Counted from the stretch's first letter, positions 25,312 through 33,238 are shown. The stretch is DNA of 64,000 nucleotides from an uncultured Bacilli bacterium (GCA_934086815.1 CAKOIM010000001.1:14366-78365), one strand, 5' to 3'. Translations and numbers: made by a program. The notes: generated from the letters alone by a model not told the origin.

Positions 25312-25353
25312 ATATTTTAAATAAATTAAGCATATAATAAATAAAAAGTAAGT

Positions 25354-25382
25354 AAAGCACTTGTAAAATGAGTGCTTTTTTG
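25354..25382 (+). terminator. intrinsic terminator after paralog 1
   Basis: Stem aaagcact/agtgcttt with a 9-nt loop, then a T-run. Confidence 0.7.
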
Positions 25383-25505
25383 GTAGAATTTAAAGTGCTG
25401 TAAATGCAAAAAAATAATCATTGTTATGGATTAGTTTAACGAGTGCCGAAGAGGTGTTAAATTAAGTTGAAGTAGCAAGAAGATAAACGAAGGAGGGAAT
25501 AATTT

Positions 25506-26429
25506 ATGGCAGTAGTTTCTATGAGTTATTTATTAGAAGCTGGAGTTCATTTTGGACATCAAACTAAAAGATGGAATCCAAAAATGAAAGAATACATTTT
25601 TACATCTAGAGATGATATTTACATTATCGACTTAGAAAAAACAAAAGCATGTTTAGAAGTTGCTTATGAAGCAGCTAAAAATATTGCAAGTAATGGAGGA
25701 AAGTTCTTATTTGTTGGAACTAGAAAACATGCTCAAGAAGTATGTTTAGAAGAAGCAACAAGAAGTAATTCTTACTATGTTACTGAAAGATGGTTAGGTG
25801 GAACACTTACAAACTTTAGAACAATTAGAAGAAGAGTTAAAAGACTTGAAGAAATTGAAGAAATGGAAAAAAATGGAACTTTTGATTTACTTCCTAAAAA
25901 AGAAGTTATTGGTCTTAAAAAAGAATATGAAAAATTAAATAAAGTTCTATGTGGAATTCGTGCGATGGATAAACTTCCTCAAGCATTAATTATTGTAGAT
26001 CCTAAAAAGGAATATAATGCTATTAAGGAAGCAAGAAAGTTAAATATTCCAGTATTTGGAGTAGTTGATACTAATTGTGATCCTGACGACGTTGATTATG
26101 TAATTCCAGGAAATGATGATGCTGTACGTTCAATTAAAGTAATGCTTGGTGTATTAACAAATGCTATTTGTGAAGCACAAGAACTACCTTTAGAAGATTA
26201 TGTTACTGAAGAAGATAAAAAAGATACAGTAAAGGAATCTAAAAAAGAAGAAGTTAAAGAAACAGTTAAAGTTGATGAAACTGTATTAGAAGAATTAAAA
26301 GAAATGGAAAAAGCTGATGAGTTAGAAAGTAAAACATTAGCAGACCTTAAAAAAATGGCTAAAGAAGCTGGAATTAAAGGTTATTCAACTATGAAAAAAG
26401 ATGAATTAGTTGCAAAACTAAGTGAATAA
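25506..26429 (+). CDS. rpsB: 30S ribosomal protein S2 with a roughly 75-aa C-terminal extension ending in a Rho_N/SAP-like module
   Basis: The core contains [18 protein letters not shown] and WLGG.LTNF. The tail has a Lys/Glu-rich linker and [30 protein letters not shown]. Confidence 0.95.
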   Translation: MAVVSMSYLLEAGVHFGHQTKRWNPKMKEYIFTSRDDIYIIDLEKTKACLEVAYEAAKNIASNGGKFLFVGTRKHAQEVCLEEATRSNSYYVTERWLGGTLTNFRTIRRRVKRLEEIEEMEKNGTFDLLPKKEVIGLKKEYEKLNKVLCGIRAMDKLPQALIIVDPKKEYNAIKEARKLNIPVFGVVDTNCDPDDVDYVIPGNDDAVRSIKVMLGVLTNAICEAQELPLEDYVTEEDKKDTVKESKKEEVKETVKVDETVLEELKEMEKADELESKTLADLKKMAKEAGIKGYSTMKKDELVAKLSE

Positions 26430-26439
26430 GGAGGATATT

Positions 26440-27318
26440 ATGGAAGTTACTGCAAGTATGGTTAAAGACCTAAGAGAACAAACTGGAGCAGGGATGTTAG
26501 ATTGTAAAAAAGCTTTAACAGAAACCAATGGTAATATGGAAGAAGCGATTAATTATTTAAGAGAAAAAGGTATTGCTAAATCTGCTAAAAAAGAATCTAG
26601 AATTGCTGCGGAAGGTCTTGCAAATATTTATGTTGAAGGAAATAAAGCTGTTATACTAGAAGTTAATAGTGAAACAGATTTCGTTAGTAAAAATGAAGAA
26701 TTTAGAAAAATGCTTGATACAATTGGAAACGCTTTAGTAAAAAGTGATGTTAAAACAGTTGATGAAGCAAAAGAATTAGAAACTGATGGATGTACTATTG
26801 GTGAATTAATAATTAATAAAACAGCTACAATTGGTGAAAAATTATCTTTAAGAAGATTTGAAATTTTAGAAAAACAAGATGATGAAGCATTCGGAGCGTA
26901 TATTCATATGGGTGGAAAAATTGCTGCCTTAACTCTTGTTAAGGGTGCAAATGCTGAGGTAGCTAAAGATGTATCAATGCAAGCTGCAGCTATGAAACCA
27001 TTATATGTTTTTCCTAGTGAAGTTCCAGCAGATGTTTTAGAAAACGAAAGAACTGTTTTAAAAGAACAAGCTATGAATGAAGGAAAACCTCAAGATATAG
27101 CTGAAAAAATGGTTGAAGGAAGAATTAAAAAATTCTATAAAGAAATTTGTCTTGCTGAACAACCATTCATTAAAGATGGAGATATAAGTGTTTCTAAATT
27201 TGTTGAAAACAATGGTGGTGAAATAATTAAGATGGTTCGTTATGAAGTTGGTGAAGGTATGGAAAAAAGAAATGATAACTTTGCTGAAGAAGTAATGAAT
27301 CAAGTAAATGGAAACTAA
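26440..27318 (+). CDS. tsf: elongation factor Ts
   Basis: GGAGG SD before ATG 26440. The sequence begins VKDLREQTGAGMLDCKKAL (UBA-like N-terminus). It follows rpsB. Confidence 0.95.
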   Translation: MEVTASMVKDLREQTGAGMLDCKKALTETNGNMEEAINYLREKGIAKSAKKESRIAAEGLANIYVEGNKAVILEVNSETDFVSKNEEFRKMLDTIGNALVKSDVKTVDEAKELETDGCTIGELIINKTATIGEKLSLRRFEILEKQDDEAFGAYIHMGGKIAALTLVKGANAEVAKDVSMQAAAMKPLYVFPSEVPADVLENERTVLKEQAMNEGKPQDIAEKMVEGRIKKFYKEICLAEQPFIKDGDISVSKFVENNGGEIIKMVRYEVGEGMEKRNDNFAEEVMNQVNGN

Positions 27319-27341
27319 GCAACTAAATTGTTGCTTTTTTT
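27318..27341 (+). terminator. intrinsic terminator after tsf
   Basis: Stem agcaac/gttgct with loop taaatt, then T7. Confidence 0.7.
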
Positions 27342-27382
27342 CATGCTTTTTGTTATTCTTGATATAGAATAGGAGTGATAAA

Positions 27383-28126
27383 ATGAATAGAGGTAAGTCA
27401 ATATTAGGTGTATTAATTGTTATTTTATTAGTTGTACTAACTTGTGGAGGAAGTTATTATTTAGGAACAAAGATGAATAAATCTTCATGTGAAATAGAAA
27501 AAGAAGATAAAATTAGTGAGAAAGAAGAAGATATAAAAGAATTTTTTATACCAGAAAAGAATTGGGATTTAAATACAGTTTTATATAATTATATTAATAG
27601 TAATAGTAAAAACTTTGAAAAATATATAAAGAATATGCCTAATAGTCATAAAGTACTTCTTGGGGGAGCAGGTACTCTAACGGAAATAAAACAAAACTTA
27701 ATCAAGCTTTTTGGTAGTGATTTAAATGTTGTTGGTGAAGATTTTAATACTAGTGGTGGATTACATTATAAATATGATTCTAGTACAGAAAGTTTTTCTT
27801 TAGTAGATGAATTTGGAAACGATTCTAATGAACTCGGGAGTGTATCAGTTTATAATTATAAGTTAGATAGTTTAAAACAAACAAAAGATAATGTAGTACT
27901 TACTTATTATGGTTTGTACTTAGATAGTAGTGCATTAGGAAACGATCTTTTAACAAACAATAAAAATATTAAACGTTATAGCCACGATTTTGAAGAAGAT
28001 GGAATATCAGATGAAATATATTTTGAAAATATTTTTCATAAAAATAAAAATAATTTCTTTAAATTTGTTTACACTTACAAGCTAGCAAATGGTAAATATG
28101 TGTTAGTTGATTTTAAACAAGAATAA
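27383..28126 (+). CDS. hypothetical membrane-anchored protein
   Basis: N-terminal TM helix (ILGVLIVILLVVLTCGG) and then a soluble domain. I recognised no motif. Confidence 0.55.
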   Translation: MNRGKSILGVLIVILLVVLTCGGSYYLGTKMNKSSCEIEKEDKISEKEEDIKEFFIPEKNWDLNTVLYNYINSNSKNFEKYIKNMPNSHKVLLGGAGTLTEIKQNLIKLFGSDLNVVGEDFNTSGGLHYKYDSSTESFSLVDEFGNDSNELGSVSVYNYKLDSLKQTKDNVVLTYYGLYLDSSALGNDLLTNNKNIKRYSHDFEEDGISDEIYFENIFHKNKNNFFKFVYTYKLANGKYVLVDFKQE

Positions 28127-28178
28127 TAATATTTCTAAAATACAAATATTATGATAGAATTAAATTAAGGAGGATATT

Positions 28179-28730
28179 ATGAAGTGGTGGATTATATTAA
28201 TTATAGTAGTAGTTCTTATTGTACTTTGGGGTGTTAGTGTTTATAACTCATTAAAAATACTTAAAAATAGAGTTAAAAATCAATGGGCTCAAATAGATGT
28301 TCAATTAAAAAGAAGATTTGATTTAATACCAAATTTAGTAGAAACTGTAAAAGGCTATACTAAACATGAATCTGAAACATTAGAAGCTGTAATTAAAGCT
28401 AGAAATAGTTATGTTTCTGCAAACGTACCGGAAGAACAAATGAAAGCTTGCGGAGAATTATCTCAAGCAATATCAAAATTATTTGCTTTGACTGAAAGTT
28501 ATCCGGATTTAAAAGCTAATACTAATTTTCAAGATTTACAAAAAGAATTAACAGAAACTGAAAGTAAAATAGCTAGTGCAAGACAATTTTATAATGATAC
28601 AGTTATGATTTATAATAATAAAATAGAAACTGTGCCAAGTAATATAATTGCAGGGCTATTTAAATTTAAACCAGAAGCATTTTTTGAAGCTTTAGAAACT
28701 GAAAGAAATAATGTTGAAGTTAAGTTTTAA
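28179..28730 (+). CDS. lemA: LemA family protein
   Basis: N-terminal TM helix, then YNSL...[30 protein letters not shown] and ARQFYND.V..YN. Confidence 0.85.
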   Translation: MKWWIILIIVVVLIVLWGVSVYNSLKILKNRVKNQWAQIDVQLKRRFDLIPNLVETVKGYTKHESETLEAVIKARNSYVSANVPEEQMKACGELSQAISKLFALTESYPDLKANTNFQDLQKELTETESKIASARQFYNDTVMIYNNKIETVPSNIIAGLFKFKPEAFFEALETERNNVEVKF

Positions 28731-28787
28731 GACGTGTTAAACGTCTTTTTCTATAAAAATGTTATATATATGAGAGGATTTGAGAAA

Positions 28788-30674
28788 ATGAAAAAGATTT
28801 TAACAATAATAATTACTTTTTTTGTTGTTCCTTTTGTAGCCTTAGCCGCGGATTATGATGTTGATCATTTTTATATTGATGCTACAATAAAAAATAATGG
28901 TGATATGGATGTTTCTGAGTTAATTGTTTTAAATGGAACATTCAATGGTTATGAAAGAGATATATTATATAAATCAGCATATGAAGATTATAATGCTTCA
29001 CAAATTACTAATTTAAGAGTTTATGGAAGTTATGTTGATGATGTATCTATAAATAGTTTTAATGATAATTACGAAGAATTTAATGAAGTAGAATATGCAA
29101 ATAATGGTGAGAAAAATAAATATATAGTAAGTTCTTTAGATAATGGAATAAGAATTAGAATGTATTATAATACAAATAATAAAAGTACAGCCTTTTTAAT
29201 AAAGTATACATTAAAAAATGTAGGTATAATGCATGAGGATGTTGCAGAATTTTATTGGAATTTCTTTGGTATGGACTTTGAAGATAATATTAATGATATA
29301 AAGATTAAAGTTAATTATCCGAGTAATTTAAATAAAGAAGATTTTAATTGGTGGTTTCATGGTGATCTTTCTGGTAATTCAGAAATTTATGAAGAAAATG
29401 ATGGGGTTATTCATGTTTTGGCAACATTAAATTTTTTAAAGAAGAACACTCCGATTGATTTTAGAACGCTTATTCCTAAGAATGTTTTTAGTAATATTAA
29501 TTTCATGAAATATGATAATGAATATGTAAAAGAAGATATTATAAAAAAAGAAGATGAAATAGTAAGAAAAGATAATGAGTTAAGAAGAAAAAATAAAATT
29601 GTATTTAAAACTTTTCAAGGAATGTGCGTAGCATTTTATGTAATTTTAATTATTACGTGGGTATATGTTTATAAAAAATACGATAAAGAAAGAAAACCAA
29701 AATTTATTCATAAATACAATAGAGAATTTATTGATGACTACAATGTCGAAGTAATAGATTATTTGTTTAATAATGATATTACTCCGAATGCTTTAAGTGC
29801 TTCAATAATGAATTTAATTTATAAAAAGAATATAAGTATTGATAAGACTAATTATGATAAAGAGGGGTATAGATTTATATTAAATAATCGTGATAATTTG
29901 AATGATACGGAAAATTATTTAGTAGATTTTTTGTTTAACACAGTGGGTAAAAATAGTGAAAACTATTCAAGTCAATTAACATTTACAACGAAAGATTTAA
30001 AATCTTATGCAAAATCTACGAAAACTTGTAATAGTTTTATGTCTAGCTATACTAACTGGAAAAATAAAGTTATTGAAGATGGTAAAAGGGAAGGTTTTTA
30101 TGATAATTTAAATGATAGATATAAATATGGTATATTTATTTTAATACTTGCATTTTTGATTTATTTTGTTGGAGTAGCTATTTATCATGTTAGCTTTTTA
30201 CTTATACATACTATTATTTTTGCATCCATTGCATTTATTATATATATTGGGTGTATTAAAAGAAAAAGTGAAAAGGGAATAGAGGATTATGCAAAATGGA
30301 AAGCTTTCAAAAACTTTTTAAATGATTTTGCTTCATTTGAAACTAAAGAATTGCCGGAAGTTGTGTTATGGGAAAGGTATTTAGTGTATGCGACTATATT
30401 TGGCTTAGCTAAAAAACTCGAAAAAGAAATGAATGTTAGAATAAAAGAAATAATGATTGATGATACATATTATGGAGATACTTACTTTTTTGTTAATAAT
30501 ATGAATTTAACTAGTGATATTAATGCTTCAATATCTATGGCTTATCGTGAAGCTCAAGAAACTATTACTCGTGAAAGTCTTTCATCATCTGATGGAACAT
30601 TTGGAGGAAGCGGGGGAGGATTTTCTTCTGGCGGAGGTTTTGGTGGCGGAGGCGGTGGTGGCCGAGGCTTTTAA
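28788..30674 (+). CDS. DUF2207-family membrane protein with a Gly-rich C-terminal tail
   Basis: Signal/TM sequence at MKKILTIIITFFVVPFVALA, a large extracytoplasmic domain, multiple TM helices and a GGSGGGFSSGGGFGGGGGGGRGF tail. Pairing with lemA is common. Confidence 0.8.
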   Translation: MKKILTIIITFFVVPFVALAADYDVDHFYIDATIKNNGDMDVSELIVLNGTFNGYERDILYKSAYEDYNASQITNLRVYGSYVDDVSINSFNDNYEEFNEVEYANNGEKNKYIVSSLDNGIRIRMYYNTNNKSTAFLIKYTLKNVGIMHEDVAEFYWNFFGMDFEDNINDIKIKVNYPSNLNKEDFNWWFHGDLSGNSEIYEENDGVIHVLATLNFLKKNTPIDFRTLIPKNVFSNINFMKYDNEYVKEDIIKKEDEIVRKDNELRRKNKIVFKTFQGMCVAFYVILIITWVYVYKKYDKERKPKFIHKYNREFIDDYNVEVIDYLFNNDITPNALSASIMNLIYKKNISIDKTNYDKEGYRFILNNRDNLNDTENYLVDFLFNTVGKNSENYSSQLTFTTKDLKSYAKSTKTCNSFMSSYTNWKNKVIEDGKREGFYDNLNDRYKYGIFILILAFLIYFVGVAIYHVSFLLIHTIIFASIAFIIYIGCIKRKSEKGIEDYAKWKAFKNFLNDFASFETKELPEVVLWERYLVYATIFGLAKKLEKEMNVRIKEIMIDDTYYGDTYFFVNNMNLTSDINASISMAYREAQETITRESLSSSDGTFGGSGGGFSSGGGFGGGGGGGRGF

Positions 30675-30755
30675 AACTTTAAGCTTTGATTTTCTATAAA
30701 GAAAATTAAGGCTTTTTATATAGGTGTAACTTATAATAAATGATACGAAAAGTAC

Positions 30756-30784
30756 TTGACAAGCATAGTAGAATATCTTATCAT
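30756..30784 (+). promoter_or_regulatory. sigma-A-type promoter for paralog 2 (TTGACA-17-TATCAT)
   Basis: TTGACA at 30756-30761 and TATCAT at 30779-30784. This places the transcription start a few nt before the tandem repeat array. Confidence 0.5.
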
Positions 30785-30794
30785 TTTTATAGTA

Positions 30795-30880
30795 GAGGCT
30801 TCGGGATAAGAGGCTTCGGGATAAGAGGCTTCGGGATAAGAGGCTTCGGGATAAGAGGCTTCGGGATAAGAGGCTTCGGA
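30795..30880 (+). repeat. perfect tandem repeat: 15-nt unit gaggcttcgggataa x5, plus an 11-nt partial sixth copy
   Basis: Exact copies start at 30795, 30810, 30825, 30840 and 30855; the partial copy spans 30870-30880. The array lies between the predicted promoter and ATG 30900. Confidence 0.95.
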
Positions 30881-30899
30881 AAGGGAAAGTCTTTTTGTT

Positions 30900-32117
30900 A
30901 TGAGAAAATTTATTGTGATAGTAGTTGTGGCTTTGGTAGTGTTATCCGGGTCAGGATTTTATGTTTATAAGATAAATGGTATGAGTACAACATATGAAAA
31001 TAAAGAAATTAAAAATAATAGTAATATGTTAAGTATGATGTTAGAAACTGAAGCTGGATCAGGAAAATATCAAGAAACTACGACAAGTTCATGGCCAACG
31101 GAAGGATATACATTTAATGAAAACTTATCTAAATGTGAAAAAGGGAGTAGTTTAAGTTGGGATAGTACTAAGAATACTGTAGTCATGATGGGAAATAATT
31201 CTGATAAGTGTTATGTTTATTTTGATTTAATACCGCCAGTATATTTAGCTGATCATATTAAAAGTTTATATACATCTCAAGGTGCGAATAATTTGTATTT
31301 ACATGATAATAGTCTAACAAATGGAGCTAAAGATAACTCATATCGTTATGCAGGTCCAAGTGACACCACAAATAACTTTGTATGTTTTGGATATGACTCA
31401 ACTGATGGAACATGCCCAACAGATAATTTATATAGAATCATCGGAGTATTTGATGGTGAAGTAAAACTAATAAAGTATGATTATGCAAAATCAACATTAT
31501 TAGGAACAGATGGGAATTATTATGGTGCTTATTCTTATAGCGGAACAAATAAAGGCCAAAATTCCAAAACAGAAATAGGTGTATATTATTGGAATAAAAA
31601 TACAAGTAATAATACGTGGAGTGAAAGTCAATTAAATACAGTAAATTTAAATACAAATTATTTAAAAAATATTGGCGATGAATGGTCAAAAAAAATATCA
31701 GACCATACATGGAAAGTTGGGGGAAATACTTGGAGTAATATAGCTAAACAAACAGCTCCAACAGCATATCAAAATGAAATAAATAGTCCAGCAACAAATA
31801 AAACGGTAAATGCAAAAGTAGGATTAATGTATGTAAGTGACTATGGATATGCAGCATCATCTAGTTCTTGGTCTACAACGCTTCAAAATTACAAGAATGT
31901 TATAGCAAATAATTGGATGTATATGGGTCTTTATGATTGGACATTGGCGCCTTCGACGGACGTTTCGGACCGTGCTTTCTGTGTGCACTTTGGCGGTATT
32001 GTCGGCTACTACATTGTCAACTCTAGCAGTGCGGTGCGCCCAGTCCTTTATCTGAAGTCAACAATAGGCTATGGCGGTGGAAGCGGCACGGCCGCGAAAC
32101 CGATTTTGGTGAAATAG
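30900..32117 (+). CDS. membrane-anchored/secreted protein, paralog 2: N-terminal TM and Cys-containing module plus the shared C-terminal lectin-like domain with a hypervariable block
   Basis: The N-terminus reads MRKFIVIVVVALVVLSGSG. The shared domain runs from about NNLYLHDNSLTNGAKDNSYRY to the end. The 3' end (31938 onward) is sharply GC-rich and A-poor. Confidence 0.7.
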   Translation: MRKFIVIVVVALVVLSGSGFYVYKINGMSTTYENKEIKNNSNMLSMMLETEAGSGKYQETTTSSWPTEGYTFNENLSKCEKGSSLSWDSTKNTVVMMGNNSDKCYVYFDLIPPVYLADHIKSLYTSQGANNLYLHDNSLTNGAKDNSYRYAGPSDTTNNFVCFGYDSTDGTCPTDNLYRIIGVFDGEVKLIKYDYAKSTLLGTDGNYYGAYSYSGTNKGQNSKTEIGVYYWNKNTSNNTWSESQLNTVNLNTNYLKNIGDEWSKKISDHTWKVGGNTWSNIAKQTAPTAYQNEINSPATNKTVNAKVGLMYVSDYGYAASSSSWSTTLQNYKNVIANNWMYMGLYDWTLAPSTDVSDRAFCVHFGGIVGYYIVNSSSAVRPVLYLKSTIGYGGGSGTAAKPILVK

Positions 32118-32342
32118 TGACGGAGTAAGGCGAAATCTTCGCACCCTTGATGGGACATGGTGAGCCACGAAAAAAATAAGCGAAGCGAAAAAGATTTAGA
32201 GGTTCGAAAAACTATTGCTTTATCTGGAGCAGGCTGTAAGCGTGTGCCAGTGGCATTTTTGAAAAAATATAGAACGCGGTGAAAAGAAGCAAGACACTAA
32301 AAGCGCGCTATGTATATGAAGCCCTGTATGGGCAGGGCTTCC

Positions 32343-32365
32343 AAAATTAGGCGAAGCCTAATTTT
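32343..32365 (+). other. 10-bp hairpin at the end of the GC-rich island (aaaattaggc-gaa-gcctaatttt)
   Basis: Perfect inverted repeat with a 3-nt loop. It may act as a terminator in either direction. Confidence 0.4.
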
Positions 32366-32404
32366 GTTGATAAAAATAAAATATGCTATAAATGTTATTA
32401 TAAA

Positions 32405-32455
32405 AACTGATAGAAATGTCAATGTTAAAAGGTGATAATTTTCTGTCAGTTTTTT
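32405..32455 (+). terminator. intrinsic terminator downstream of paralog 2 and the GC-rich island
   Basis: 12-bp stem aactgatagaaa/tttctgtcagtt (one G-U pair) with a 23-nt loop, then T6. Confidence 0.6.
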
Positions 32456-32496
32456 GTATTTTTGATATACTTATATTATCTCAGTGAATAAGTAAA

Positions 32497-32524
32497 TAAA
32501 AAAAGAATTATATTTCTATAATTC
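32497..32524 (-). terminator. intrinsic terminator for 32549..33088 (minus strand)
   Basis: Stem gaattata/tataattc with loop tttc. An A-run on the + strand gives a T-run on the - strand. Confidence 0.45.
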
Positions 32525-32548
32525 AAATTATATAAATTTTATTAATTT

Positions 32549-33088
32549 TTATCTTTTTCGCGTTAACTTTAAAACTTCTTGGTTATCCATTTCTACTTCA
32601 ATATCTTGTTTGCTAGCTTGTGGATATTCATATAATAATTGTTCATAGATATTTAAAGCATCTGAGTATAGTTGTAATCTTTCGGTATCTTTATTTTCTA
32701 TTAATTGGTCGGTGTTTTCTTTAATAACTTCTTGATTATCTAAAAGTGTAGAAGCAAGTGGTTGTAATTCTTCTTCCTTTTTTATTATTTCTCTTTGAAG
32801 TAATAAGTTTTTTTGTTCATTATCTTTTTTAATTGATTTAATGTTCTTTTGATACTTATTTATGTTAAATATTGCCTTTTTTAATTCATTTGCACTAAAT
32901 AACATAATGGTCATTATAAAAACTCCTTCAATTGTTGTAATTATTGGTAAAAGATGAGCTATTACTGGTAATGCTACTAATACAGCACTATTATTAATTG
33001 CATTTATTTTAGATTTTTTAATTCTTTCTTCTATTTCTTTTACATCTTTTTCTATTTCTTTTGAATATTTTTTTGTATTTCTTTTCAT
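32549..33088 (-). CDS. hypothetical coiled-coil protein with central hydrophobic helices
   Basis: 179 aa with Lys/Glu-rich coiled-coil segments flanking AVLVALPVIAHLLPIITTIEGVFIMTIMLF. Confidence 0.5.
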   Translation of the reverse strand: MKRNTKKYSKEIEKDVKEIEERIKKSKINAINNSAVLVALPVIAHLLPIITTIEGVFIMTIMLFSANELKKAIFNINKYQKNIKSIKKDNEQKNLLLQREIIKKEEELQPLASTLLDNQEVIKENTDQLIENKDTERLQLYSDALNIYEQLLYEYPQASKQDIEVEMDNQEVLKLTRKR

Positions 33089-33167
33089 TTTTTAAAACCC
33101 CTTTTCTTATTGCAGAATATATTCTAATACAAAAAAATGATTTTGTCTAGGGGTAAATTTAATATTT

Positions 33168-33194
33168 TTAGCACTTTTGATTGACAAGTGCTAA
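33168..33194. promoter_or_regulatory. CIRCE-like HrcA operator (TTAGCACTT-N9-AAGTGCTAA)
   Basis: Perfect 9-bp inverted repeat with a 9-nt spacer. It differs from the consensus TTAGCACTC-N9-GAGTGCTAA only at the innermost symmetric position, and it overlaps the -35 of the clpB promoter. Confidence 0.8.
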
Positions 33195-33209
33195 AAATAG
33201 GTTTATAAT
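33181..33209 (+). promoter_or_regulatory. consensus sigma-A promoter for clpB (TTGACA-17-TATAAT)
   Basis: TTGACA at 33181-33186 and TATAAT at 33204-33209. Confidence 0.6.
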
Positions 33210-33238
33210 GATATTGGAAATTGAAAGGGTGAAGAAAA

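Noticed and set aside
30514-30699. A 61-aa ORF lies in an alternative frame over the Gly-rich tail of the DUF2207 gene.
   Set aside because: It lies entirely within a well-supported longer CDS and is a by-product of the GC-rich ggn repeat region.
30795-30880. I considered whether the tandem repeat is a CRISPR array.
   Set aside because: The units are contiguous with no spacers, are only 15 nt long and are not palindromic. No cas genes are present.
30740-30970. A 76-aa ORF reads through the tandem repeat as RGFGI-RGFGI-... (a GFGIR peptide repeat).
   Set aside because: Its ATG lies upstream of the -35 of the only recognisable promoter and has no SD. The frame is open simply because the 15-nt unit is a multiple of three and contains no stop. 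It also overlaps the well-supported start of 30900..32117.
32151-32260. I considered calling this stretch a bona fide DGR template repeat for the hypervariable blocks.
   Set aside because: Only the first 37 nt or so and a 12-nt stretch near the end align, and only with gaps. The invariant A-free core cgtgctttc (R-A-F) of both blocks has no counterpart. The element is so A-rich that A-type mismatches are expected by chance. I report it only as an unexplained GC-rich island.
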